Below are positions 1 through 8,119 of a stretch of 64,000 nucleotides of DNA, in pieces. A program made the position numbers and the translations under genes. The notes under the pieces were generated by a model that was not told where the DNA came from, ran no database searches, and saw nothing but the letters and a program-made list of their open reading frames with translations. Origin of the DNA: Acidobacteriota bacterium (GTDB taxonomy: Bacteria > Acidobacteriota > Vicinamibacteria > Vicinamibacterales > UBA2999); assembly GCA_046726375.1 (NCBI GenBank), contig JBKPAJ010000007.1:6488-70487 (forward strand), in the 5' to 3' direction. Every line of letters begins with the position of its first letter. Positions within the stretch are counted from its first letter, which is position 1.

Positions 1-1242
1 CGCCTGCGCGGTCTCCCACAGAATCAGATCGATGGTGCGCGTGCCGCCGCCAAGCGTCGGCAGCTGCGCATCGGACGATTCTGCCATCCGCCGCGCTTCC
101 GCCGACGCCCGGTCGATGCTCAAGTAGTAAACTTCGGCCCCTTTCATTCCGGGACGCACTGTCGCGTTGGCGTGAATGCTGACAAAGACGTCCGCCTTCT
201 GGCTGTTGGCGTAGGCGGAGCGATCATCGAGCGACATCGTCTGGTCGCCGTCGCGGGTGAGAAAGACCCGCAGCCCGAGCCGACTCTCGATCAAACTCCG
301 CAGGCGCCGGGCTACCGACAGCGTCATATCTTTTTCGACGGTGCCGCGACCGCCTTGAGCACCGATTTCCTCGCCGCCGTGACCTGGGTCGATCACGACC
401 GTGCGTACGCCGGTCGAAGGCACCGGAATCGGATTCGGGACGTCCACGGGAGGGCCGGGCAACGCCGGCAGCGTCGGTGAGGCGGCTTCCGTGGTAGACG
501 GCAGCAACTCGATCACTGCGCGTGAGCTGCTCGCATCGGGTTGCGTAGTCGTCAACCGGTGCATCCCGAATCTCGGTCCGGTCACGAGCCTTACAGCTGT
601 CGGCGTATCGCCCGGTTGTATCGCCTGCAGAAAATCCTGCGGCTGCAGCGATGGCAACACAAGGTCGACGGCATCGGCGTCGAATGCCACGAGGAGACGC
701 CCCGGTTCGGTCGACAATCGCACCGTGCCTGGCGGCGTGATGTCGAACGTGACCGACGTGCTCCCCGTTCCCGCTTCCACTCGCGCCACGACACGCGGCA
801 CGCGAAGGTCCCCGACGATAACAAGGCGGGCGTTGCGGCGCAGTTCGATGCGCGTGTCGAGCGCGAGGCCGAGCGCGCGCGGCAGAAAGTCCAGCGGGAT
901 GAGCCAGCGTGCGCCCTGGCGCGTCGGTGCGGCGGTAAGCGAGACGAGGCGACCGGCCACCGACACGACCGACTGATCGGCCGTAAGAATAATCGTGCGG
1001 CCACGCGCGGAAATGGTCATGGCGCCGGCGAGCGGATCCTCCTTGAAGGTCAGGCCGAACGCCGCGGCGAGATCGTCGAGCGTGACGTATTCCTGGTTGT
1101 TTTGAGTGACGGTGGACAGCGAGCGCACGCCCTCGCGCGTCAACAGGCGGAGGGCCGGCGAAGGCGTCTGCGCGGTGGACCAGTGCAGGCCGCCAAGCGC
1201 GGCGCCGAGCGCGGTCAGCAGAAGAAAACGTTTACCGTGCAA
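1..1242 (-). CDS. N-acetylmuramoyl-L-alanine amidase (AMIN-like N-terminal region plus Amidase_3 domain); C-terminus lies beyond base 1
   Basis: Absent from the ORF track because it is open at the window edge. My reverse-strand translation from TTG (1240-1242) reads HGKRFLLLTALGAALGG (signal peptide) ... VVIDPGHGGEEIGAQGGRGTVEKDMTLSVARRLRSLIESRLGLRVFLTRDGDQ ... VFVSIHANA (Amidase_3 signature). There is no stop down to base 1. Confidence 0.8.
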   Translation of the reverse strand, partial: MHGKRFLLLTALGAALGGLHWSTAQTPSPALRLLTREGVRSLSTVTQNNQEYVTLDDLAAAFGLTFKEDPLAGAMTISARGRTIILTADQSVVSVAGRLVSLTAAPTRQGARWLIPLDFLPRALGLALDTRIELRRNARLVIVGDLRVPRVVARVEAGTGSTSVTFDITPPGTVRLSTEPGRLLVAFDADAVDLVLPSLQPQDFLQAIQPGDTPTAVRLVTGPRFGMHRLTTTQPDASSSRAVIELLPSTTEAASPTLPALPGPPVDVPNPIPVPSTGVRTVVIDPGHGGEEIGAQGGRGTVEKDMTLSVARRLRSLIESRLGLRVFLTRDGDQTMSLDDRSAYANSQKADVFVSIHANATVRPGMKGAEVYYLSIDRASAEARRMAESSDAQLPTLGGGTRTIDLILWETAQA

Positions 1243-1254
1243 TTCCGTTCCATT

Positions 1255-1611
1255 TTAACGAGTCCGCTGGCGCCGCGCCGACGGCTTGGCGGCGTGTTGC
1301 TCGGTCGGTACTTTTGCCGGCGGGTCCCACATCATGCGCCAATGTGAGGTGACCGGCCATTCGCCACGAGCCAGCCGCTCGACGAGCGGCCCGAGGATCT
1401 CCTGATCTCTTTTCGGCAGATGGGTGACGTACACATTAATGGCCTGGTCGACGATCTGCCACATCGGCGTCGCGAGCAGGAGGCTCAAGGTATTGAGCTT
1501 GGCTCGCGTTTCGAGCGGCAGGCGGATCGTCATTTGGGGATAGCTGCTGACTTTTTCGCCGCGCGGTCCGGCCGGCGGGCGGCCGCGCTTGCGTTTGGTC
1601 TGAGACGGCAT
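1255..1611 (-). CDS. small basic protein with probable ribbon-helix-helix DNA-binding core
   Basis: 118-aa ORF. Basic KRKRGRPP tail, then MTIRLPLETRAKLNTLSLLLATPMWQIVDQAINVYV (strand-helix-helix pattern). Assigned by pattern only. Confidence 0.5.
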   Translation of the reverse strand: MPSQTKRKRGRPPAGPRGEKVSSYPQMTIRLPLETRAKLNTLSLLLATPMWQIVDQAINVYVTHLPKRDQEILGPLVERLARGEWPVTSHWRMMWDPPAKVPTEQHAAKPSARRQRTR

Positions 1612-1638
1612 GTTGGCAGAATATGTGAATTATTGTTT

Positions 1639-1649
1639 TGTTGACAACA
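1639..1649. promoter_or_regulatory. perfect palindrome TGTTGACAACA (contains TTGACA) in the AT-rich divergent spacer 1612-1676
   Basis: Lies between the divergent starts at 1611 (-) and 1677 (+). Candidate operator or -35 region. Confidence 0.3.
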
Positions 1650-1676
1650 TAAAATCGCGCAGCCTACGATGCCGTC

Positions 1677-2219
1677 ATGAAGCGTGCGCGTGCGGACTGG
1701 TGGCGGCTGCAGCATTTGCGCGAGATGGCGGCGGAGTTCTCGCCAGAGCAGCTTGCATTCGTGTTTTCGGGCAAGCGATATCTGCTCGCACGCTTTGTCG
1801 CGTTCGCAGTTTGGGGCGTCTGGTGTGTCCTGCGCATCCGTGCGGACGCGTTCGCAATCTCACTCCCGATCGTCCTCACCGGTGCCGTCTTGTTTGCGGC
1901 AGGCTTCGCCGTACGGCGCTGGTCAAAGCGAATCATGGGCGAGCGCTTTCGTTTCTACGAGGTGCGTCGCGACGATCGCGGACTCGAGACGCGCGGACCG
2001 TACGCAGTCGTCCGACATCCCGCCTACCTTGGTCTCGTCCTGATGGACATCGGACTGCCGCTGCTGCTTGGCATTCCCTGGGGGTTGTTGCTGTCGGTGA
2101 TCCTCGTCGCGCTCGTGATCCATCGCATCGCGATCGAAGACAAGCTGCTTCGTCGCACCTACGAGGAATATGGCGCATATGCGTCGGCGCGCAAGCGCCT
2201 GATTCCTGGCGTCTGGTGA
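1677..2219 (+). CDS. isoprenylcysteine carboxyl methyltransferase / phospholipid methyltransferase family membrane protein
   Basis: 180 aa, multi-TM. C-terminal motif GPYAVVRHPAYLGLVL ... IEDKLLRRTYEEYGAY is typical of the ICMT/PEMT family. Confidence 0.75.
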   Translation: MKRARADWWRLQHLREMAAEFSPEQLAFVFSGKRYLLARFVAFAVWGVWCVLRIRADAFAISLPIVLTGAVLFAAGFAVRRWSKRIMGERFRFYEVRRDDRGLETRGPYAVVRHPAYLGLVLMDIGLPLLLGIPWGLLLSVILVALVIHRIAIEDKLLRRTYEEYGAYASARKRLIPGVW

Positions 2220-2687
2220 TTACAGGTCCAGTCCCATGAAGCGCGTGCCGGCTATGGGCGAGTTGTAGTACGGCTCGATGTCGCGAAACCCAAACTCCTC
2301 GTACAGCCGTTGCGCCGATTGCATCACCGGAAGCGTGTCCAACACGATCGCCTTGTAGCCGCACGCGCGGGCGGCAGCGATGACGCGCTCGATCAGTTGA
2401 CGTCCAAGGCCGGAGCCCCGAGCCGCAGGGCGCACGTACAAACGCTTCATTTCGCCGCGGTCATCGTCCCGTCCGCGCAACGCCACCATACCGATGGGCT
2501 CACCGTGCCGATGCGCAATATATAGGGCACCGCGGGGCGGGGCGTAGTCGCCAGGGAGCTCCGCCATTTCGCGCGTAAACCCTTGAAAACAAAGGTCTAC
2601 TTTCAGCCAGTCGGCGTATTCGCGGAACATCGTGCGAATGGCGCCGAGATCGGCGGAGCCGGCCTCGCGAATTTCCACGAAGCCCAT
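2220..2687 (-). CDS. GNAT family N-acetyltransferase
   Basis: C-terminal 155 aa of track ORF 2220..3473, from ATG 2687: MGFVEIREAG ... LYVRPAARGSGLGRQLIERVI ... LYEEFGF (acetyl-CoA motif A). The upstream part of that ORF is antisense to the sigma-factor gene. Confidence 0.85.
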   Translation of the reverse strand: MGFVEIREAGSADLGAIRTMFREYADWLKVDLCFQGFTREMAELPGDYAPPRGALYIAHRHGEPIGMVALRGRDDDRGEMKRLYVRPAARGSGLGRQLIERVIAAARACGYKAIVLDTLPVMQSAQRLYEEFGFRDIEPYYNSPIAGTRFMGLDL

Positions 2688-2728
2688 TATGTCGCGGCGG
2701 ACCTTTGGCTCCGCCTTGCGACGAAAAT

Positions 2729-2756
2729 CCAACCGGTGTCTGACCATCCTCGTCTG
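2729..2756 (+). promoter_or_regulatory. candidate ECF-type promoter (AAC-N17-CGTC)
   Basis: ccAACCggtgtctgaccatcctCGTCTga lies just upstream of the sigma-factor ORF and matches the loose ECF -35/-10 pattern. Confidence 0.3.
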
Positions 2757-2762
2757 ATCACC

Positions 2763-3416
2763 GTGACAGTGGCGGAGTTCACTCTGCTGGGCCGGCCGGG
2801 CGTGGCGTCGATCGCGGATGGATCGCGCGACACGAGCTTCGATCTGGAGACGACGCGGCTGGCTGCGCAGGCGATCGATGGCGATGCCGACGCCTTCGGC
2901 GCGCTCGTGAATCTTCATCACCGCGCCGCGCGACGTGTGGCGCTCGCCGCGCTCGGCAATCTCGCGGATGCCGATGAGGCGGTGCAGGAAGCGTGTCTCA
3001 CCGCATGGCGCCGCATCGATCGGCTGGAAGATCCGGCTGCGTTTCGCGCGTGGCTGCTGCGCATCACATGGCGCAAGGCGATCGATCGCCGCCGTTCGCT
3101 CGCAGGGTGGCTCAAACGGCTTCGACGTGAGCATCCGGATCAACCTGATCTGCTCGACACGGTCCCCGTCACGGGCGAAGCGCCGGATACAGCGTTTCTT
3201 GCGCGCGAGCGCGATCGCATCGTCGCGCAACTGATTCGCTCGCTCCCGGCGCGCTTGCGCGATCCCTTTCTGCTGGCCGCGAGCGGTGAGCATCGCTACG
3301 AAGACATCGCGGCGCTGCTCGGCATCCCGCTTGGCACCGTCAAGTGGCGCATGGTCGAAGCGCGGCGCGTGTTGAAGGACAAGCTGAAGCGGCTTGGGTT
3401 TGGAGAAGACGTATGA
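2763..3416 (+). CDS. ECF (sigma-70 family group IV) RNA polymerase sigma factor
   Basis: Region 2: DEAVQEACLTAWRRIDRLEDPAAFRAWLLRITWRKAIDRRR. Region 4: YEDIAALLGIPLGTVKWRMVEARRVL. Start uncertain (GTG 2763 or GTG 2802); the track ORF begins at 2583. Confidence 0.8.
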   Translation: MTVAEFTLLGRPGVASIADGSRDTSFDLETTRLAAQAIDGDADAFGALVNLHHRAARRVALAALGNLADADEAVQEACLTAWRRIDRLEDPAAFRAWLLRITWRKAIDRRRSLAGWLKRLRREHPDQPDLLDTVPVTGEAPDTAFLARERDRIVAQLIRSLPARLRDPFLLAASGEHRYEDIAALLGIPLGTVKWRMVEARRVLKDKLKRLGFGEDV

Positions 3417-3952
3417 CGCCGCAGGGTGAACATCTCGACGAGACAATCGATCGCGTTGCAGCCGCGCTGACAATGGTGCCGGCCGATCCGGCGCTTGCGG
3501 AACGGATTGCGCAGCGGTTGCAGACCGAGAGCGCAGCGCCTGCGCTTGCCTGGGGTCAGTTGGCGTTCGGCGCGGTTGCGCTGACTGCGGCCGTGCTGAT
3601 TGCGATCGCCCTCGATCGCGATCCTGAGATCACGTCACTTGCACCGATTCGTGTTGCGCAACAGCCCGCCCCGCTGGTGACGCCGGTAGAGCCAAAAGCG
3701 CGCGCGCCGCAGCCTCGGATTGCGAGTCAAATCGCGGCCACGCCAAGGCAGGCTCGGCGCATCGCAGGTACGCATCAGGCGTTTATCGCCAACGGTGATG
3801 CTCCGAAGCTCGACACCTTGTCAGCCCCAAAGCTCCTGGAGGTTGATTCGCTGACCAACGATCCGCTGACGATCTCGCCCGTCGACGTCGCTCCGCTGGA
3901 TCTCGCCACGCTCACGATCAGCGACGTCGGGCGCGATACCCCGAAGGAGTAA
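3413..3952 (+). CDS. single-pass membrane protein, possible anti-sigma factor
   Basis: ATG 3413 overlaps the sigma-factor stop (ATGA). One TM (LAFGAVALTAAVLIAIAL). No recognisable zinc-finger anti-sigma motif, so the role is inferred from position only. Confidence 0.45.
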   Translation: MTPQGEHLDETIDRVAAALTMVPADPALAERIAQRLQTESAAPALAWGQLAFGAVALTAAVLIAIALDRDPEITSLAPIRVAQQPAPLVTPVEPKARAPQPRIASQIAATPRQARRIAGTHQAFIANGDAPKLDTLSAPKLLEVDSLTNDPLTISPVDVAPLDLATLTISDVGRDTPKE

Positions 3953-3955
3953 CTC

Positions 3956-4549
3956 ATGCTTCGTCGTTCTGCAGTCTTGATCTTCGTTCTGGCCATCGCG
4001 GCGCCACCGGCTGTCGCCGCTCAGACGCAGGAACGCACGCCACAGGCGCCCAAGCCCGCTCCGCCGACACCGGCACCGACGCCAGCGCCGCAGGCCGCCC
4101 CGGTGCCTCCGCCCCCCGATCAGCGACGCGTGCGCCCGCTTCCGCGAGATCTCAACGTGCACGTAGAATTGACGATCTCCGATCAACAGGGATCGGCACC
4201 GCCCGAGAAGAAGGTGGTGTCGCTGCTGGCCGCGGATCAGACGATGGGGCAGGTGCGCGCGAATGCCCGGGCTAACCGTCCCCCCGTGGGATTTGTCGGC
4301 GCCGGTCTCAACGTGGATGCGAGACCCGTCGTCCTGGAAGGCGATCGCATCATGCTCGAGTTGAAGCTGGAGTACATGCCGTTCCTGCCGACAAAGGGCC
4401 CAAGCGAGCCAGCACAGGAACCAACGAATCTGAACGAGAGCATCAGCGTGATTCTGCAGAACGGCAAGCCGCTCACCATCTCGCAAGCCGCCGATCCGAT
4501 CAGCGATCGGCGGATGACGGTGGAAGTCAAGGCGACGATCGTCCGGTAA
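3956..4549 (+). CDS. secreted protein with Pro-rich linker, unknown function
   Basis: Signal peptide MLRRSAVLIFVLAIAAPPAVAAQ, then PKPAPPTPAPTPAPQAAPVPPPP. Starts 4 nt after the previous gene. Confidence 0.6.
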   Translation: MLRRSAVLIFVLAIAAPPAVAAQTQERTPQAPKPAPPTPAPTPAPQAAPVPPPPDQRRVRPLPRDLNVHVELTISDQQGSAPPEKKVVSLLAADQTMGQVRANARANRPPVGFVGAGLNVDARPVVLEGDRIMLELKLEYMPFLPTKGPSEPAQEPTNLNESISVILQNGKPLTISQAADPISDRRMTVEVKATIVR

Positions 4550-4672
4550 CCCGCATCGGTAGCTACCGAAGGACGGAAGCACGGAGGCACCGAGCCGACG
4601 TTCGGCAGACGCGGCCGAAGGCCGTGCGCCCGGCAGTTGCCGGGCGGTCTGCCGAGCGCTGATCAATGGAGA

Positions 4673-6166
4673 TCAATCACCGGGTTGTTCCGGGATTCCG
4701 TGATTCCGTGGCCTGACAAGGCGCCGCAGCCGGCGCCAGCCGGGTAATAACGTGGTTGCGCTGAGCACGATGCCGCCACCGCTCAGCGCGATCATGACGA
4801 TGTCCCACAACGGCCTGCGGTAATACAAGAACGGAAAATCCAGACTGTGTAAGCCGTGATAGAGCCAGCGTTCCACGCGGCTCAATCGCTCTTCCTTGCG
4901 GACGATCACGCCACGCCGCGGGTCGAGGTACAACCAGGTGCGATTGGCATCTGCGTAGCGGACGCGAAGTACGGGCAGTGCGAGGTGATCATCGCGCGCG
5001 TAGTAGTAGTTGTCGTAGGTGTTCAGCCACGTCATGTCGTCAACCGCGACACCGGGCATGGCCATGTGCGCCGCGCGTTCGATCGCCTCACGCGGAAACT
5101 GTTGGAAGGCGACGCGTTCAGAGGGCACCGCGGGCACCAGCGTTCCACTGGCGGCGAGGTAGAGCGCTCCATCGAACTGAACCAGCTCAATCTCTTTGAT
5201 CGCCACATCTTCAGCCGTTGCCGCGAGCCTCGTTGCGGCGCCGCGGACGTTATCGGCTGTCAACGACGTCAGCGGCAGCGGTCCACCGGCGATGCGCTCC
5301 CGCTGCACGCGTGTTGGCGCGTTTCCAGGACTCCAACCCCAGGGACCCATTGAAAGGAGCCCGCTGAAAACCCAGGTGAGGCTCGCAGCGCCGAAGATCA
5401 ATCCGGAGTAGTGATGCCACTTCATGAGCCCGCTATAGGGCGAGCGTCTTGCGACGGTCAGACCCCACACCAGGCCCGTGATGCACATGAGGCAGCCCGC
5501 GACAGACACCCAGATGATCGTCTGCGTCCACAGCGCCGCCTGACGTCGGAACGGCGCGAAATACAACCAGTGAAGGACCGCGCCCGGGTAGGCCCATCGT
5601 CGTTCGGCCGCGGTGGTTCGCATTACGATCTCGCCGCTGCGCTGCGCCACATAGTAGTAGCTGCCGCCAGCGTCGCCGACCGCGACGCGATGCACCGGCA
5701 TCTGCGCGCGCACGCCCATCGTCCACTGGTCGGCATCCATCAACAACGCATCGTGCCGAATCGTGCCGACATGCTCAGGGATCAACGCACGCACGACAGC
5801 CACGGCGTCGTCTGCCGTCAACTCCTCGAGTAGCCGCCCGCTTTCGGCAAGCACTGAGGTCGACACACGGCCCAAAGTCAGGCGGTAGACCACGCGATCG
5901 CCGAAGGTCGTCACGCGGATGCGATCGGTGACGCGTCCGGAGGCCCGCAGGGCATCGGCGGGAGACGTTCTGATCTGGGCGATGTCGATCGGCTGCAATC
6001 GCCGCGACAACTCTTCGGCCGGGAGCGCCGGCATGCGCGCGTACATCATCACGATGCCGGAGACGAACCATGCGACGAACAGCAGGCCGGCGGCGATGCC
6101 GAGCCAACGGTGCGTGTAAACCACCGCCCGCCGCCAATCGAGCCGCGCGCGCGTTAAAACTGACAT
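4673..6166 (-). CDS. PepSY-associated TM helix domain protein
   Basis: 497 aa. N-terminus RRAVVYTHRWLGIAAGLLFVAWFVSGIVMMY and the repeated TM-plus-periplasmic-loop layout are typical of the PepSY_TM family. Confidence 0.8.
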   Translation of the reverse strand: MSVLTRARLDWRRAVVYTHRWLGIAAGLLFVAWFVSGIVMMYARMPALPAEELSRRLQPIDIAQIRTSPADALRASGRVTDRIRVTTFGDRVVYRLTLGRVSTSVLAESGRLLEELTADDAVAVVRALIPEHVGTIRHDALLMDADQWTMGVRAQMPVHRVAVGDAGGSYYYVAQRSGEIVMRTTAAERRWAYPGAVLHWLYFAPFRRQAALWTQTIIWVSVAGCLMCITGLVWGLTVARRSPYSGLMKWHHYSGLIFGAASLTWVFSGLLSMGPWGWSPGNAPTRVQRERIAGGPLPLTSLTADNVRGAATRLAATAEDVAIKEIELVQFDGALYLAASGTLVPAVPSERVAFQQFPREAIERAAHMAMPGVAVDDMTWLNTYDNYYYARDDHLALPVLRVRYADANRTWLYLDPRRGVIVRKEERLSRVERWLYHGLHSLDFPFLYYRRPLWDIVMIALSGGGIVLSATTLLPGWRRLRRLVRPRNHGIPEQPGD

Positions 6167-6220
6167 TGCAGGAATGACGGTGCCCCGAGTAGGATGCGCT
6201 GACGAAGGATACCCCGGCGA

Positions 6221-6691
6221 ATGGAATGGCTTGCGGCGATTGAGCAGAGCGCCGTTGCAACGTGGGTGCGCGAATCGGGCTCAATCTGGGCGTATCCCAC
6301 CATTCTCACGCTTCACACCCTGGGCCTGGGCATCCTCGTCGGCGCCAACGCCGCGCTCGATTTGCGGCTGCTCGGCTGGGGTCGCCGCATCCCGCTTGCG
6401 GATCTCGAAGGCCTGTTCAGAGCGATGTGGGCCGGCTTCGCCGTGAACGCGATCACGGGCGTGCTGCTGTTCGCGGCCGACGCCACGACGAAGAGCGTGC
6501 AATGGATTTTTTACGTCAAGCTCGCCTGCATCGTGCTCGCGGTCATCACCATGACACGGCTCAAAGCCGTCGTCTTCGGACCAGGTCCGGAGCACGGCGC
6601 CATCACGCCACGCAGCACGCGTCTCGCGCTGGCATCGCTCGTGTTGTGGACGGCAGCGATCACCGCCGGACGCTTCATGGCGTATCTATGA
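6221..6691 (+). CDS. uncharacterised 4-TM membrane protein (paralog 1)
   Basis: 156 aa. Shares LTLHTLGLGILVGANAALDLRLLG with the next gene. Confidence 0.65.
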   Translation: MEWLAAIEQSAVATWVRESGSIWAYPTILTLHTLGLGILVGANAALDLRLLGWGRRIPLADLEGLFRAMWAGFAVNAITGVLLFAADATTKSVQWIFYVKLACIVLAVITMTRLKAVVFGPGPEHGAITPRSTRLALASLVLWTAAITAGRFMAYL

Positions 6692-6701
6692 GGCGCCGCC
6701 G

Positions 6702-7190
6702 ATGATGTCGTTTGCCATGTGGCTCCGCAGCACCTACGTCTCGGAGCTGATTCGCTATTACCCGTGGCTGTGGCCGGTGTGCGAAACGATTCACTTCATC
6801 GGCCTCGCGCTCGTCATCGGGATCGCGGGCATGTTCGACCTGCGGCTCATGGGGTTTCTGTCGCGAATCTCGGTGTCGGCGGTGAAAGATCTCATGCCGT
6901 GGGCGGTTGCGGGTTTTGCCATGAACCTGGCGACGGGCACGGTCTTCTTTATTGGCGCGCCCGACCAATACGTGAACAACCCGGCGTGGTGGGCCAAGGT
7001 GTTTTTCATCGCGCTCGCCGGCCTCAACGCGATGGTGTTCGAGACCACCCTCGGTGCCCGTGTTCTGACGCTCGGTCCCGGTGAGAAAACGCCGGCGTCG
7101 TTCAAGATCATCGGCGCCCTGTCGCTGTTCTCGTGGTTGAGCGTGTTGTACTGGGGCCGGATGCTGCCATTCATCGGTGGCGCGTTCTAG
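6702..7190 (+). CDS. uncharacterised 4-TM membrane protein (paralog 2)
   Basis: 162 aa. CETIHFIGLALVIGIAGMFDLRLMG aligns with paralog 1 and the TM layout is the same. Confidence 0.65.
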   Translation: MMSFAMWLRSTYVSELIRYYPWLWPVCETIHFIGLALVIGIAGMFDLRLMGFLSRISVSAVKDLMPWAVAGFAMNLATGTVFFIGAPDQYVNNPAWWAKVFFIALAGLNAMVFETTLGARVLTLGPGEKTPASFKIIGALSLFSWLSVLYWGRMLPFIGGAF

Positions 7191-7192
7191 AG

Positions 7193-7675
7193 AACAGGGA
7201 GATCGGGGAGATCAGGGAGATCGGGATAACAGGGAGGTCGGAGAGATCGGGGAGAAAATCCTTCTTCCTGATCGCTCTGTCCTCCCTGTCCATCAACTCC
7301 CTGATCTCCCCGGTCTCCCTGTTCATTTGATCGGGGGGAGGGGATCACAGGGAGGTCGGAGAGATCGGGGAGAAAATTCTTGTCCCTGATCGCTCTGTCC
7401 TCCCTGTCCATCAACTCCCTGATCTCCCCGGTCTCCCTGATCATTTGATCGGGGGAGGGGATCATAGGGAGATTGGGGAGATCGAGGAGAAAATTCTTGT
7501 CCCTGATCTCTCCGTCCTCCCTGTCCATCAACTCCCTGATCTCCCCGGTCTCCCTGTTCATTGATCGAAAAGAATTCTCGAGCTCGCTGATCTCCTTGAT
7601 CTCCCTGTTATTTACCTCCTTGATCTCCCTGTTATGTTTATCACCCTGAGCGGGCCTGTTATCTCCCTCCCCGGA
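7193..7675. repeat. GGGAGATC-word repeat block: about three tandem units of 117-118 bp, each self-complementary
   Basis: Units start at about 7229, 7347 and 7464 (ACAGGGAGGTCGGAGAGATCGGGGAGAAAAT ... CCTGATCGCTCTGTCCTCCCTG ... CTCCCTGATCTCCCCGGTCTCCCTG). AGGGAGATC and GATCTCCCT words alternate. Confidence 0.9.
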
Positions 7676-7741
7676 CTCCTTAACTGGCATTCCAGAAATG
7701 CTTTCGGTACAATCGCGAATGGTCCCAGGAGGATGGTTGTC

Positions 7742-8119
7742 ATGAAGCGCACGTTCGCTGTCCTGCTCGCCGCCGGCGTGATTGTGCTCGGGTCGGGTGC
7801 GACCTTCGCCCATCACTCGTTCTCGGCGACGTACTTCGAGGACAAAGAGCAGACGATCGAAGGGGAGATGGTGCAGTTCATGTACCGCAACCCGCACTCG
7901 TTTGTGCACGTCATGGACAAGGAGAATGTCCGCTGGGCGATCGAGTGGGGCGGCGGCGGGCAGTTGAGCCGGCAAGGCGTGACGCGCGAAACGTTGAAGT
8001 ACGGCGACCACGTGATCATCACGGGTGCGCCGGCTCGCAATCCCGACGATCACCGCCTGCGCATGAAAACGATTTTCCGCCCGAAGGATGGCTGGAAGTG
8101 GGGCGGCGTCGTCGAATAA
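7742..8119 (+). CDS. small secreted protein, mature N-terminus His-His (unknown family)
   Basis: AGGAGG at 7727-7732, then ATG 7742. Signal peptide MKRTFAVLLAAGVIVLGSGATFA, then HHSFSATYFED... I cannot verify a DUF assignment. Confidence 0.7.
   Translation: MKRTFAVLLAAGVIVLGSGATFAHHSFSATYFEDKEQTIEGEMVQFMYRNPHSFVHVMDKENVRWAIEWGGGGQLSRQGVTRETLKYGDHVIITGAPARNPDDHRLRMKTIFRPKDGWKWGGVVE

Noticed and set aside
2688-3473. N-terminal 262 aa of track ORF 2220..3473
   Set aside because: It is antisense to the well-supported ECF sigma gene. The GNAT domain is complete from ATG 2687. This is typical high-GC shadow-ORF extension.
7193-7675. CRISPR array (also considered for 51482-52215)
   Set aside because: The repeated words are only ~9 nt. 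There are no unique spacers of uniform length, higher-order units are whole-unit tandem duplications, the arms are mutually complementary, and no cas genes lie in the window.
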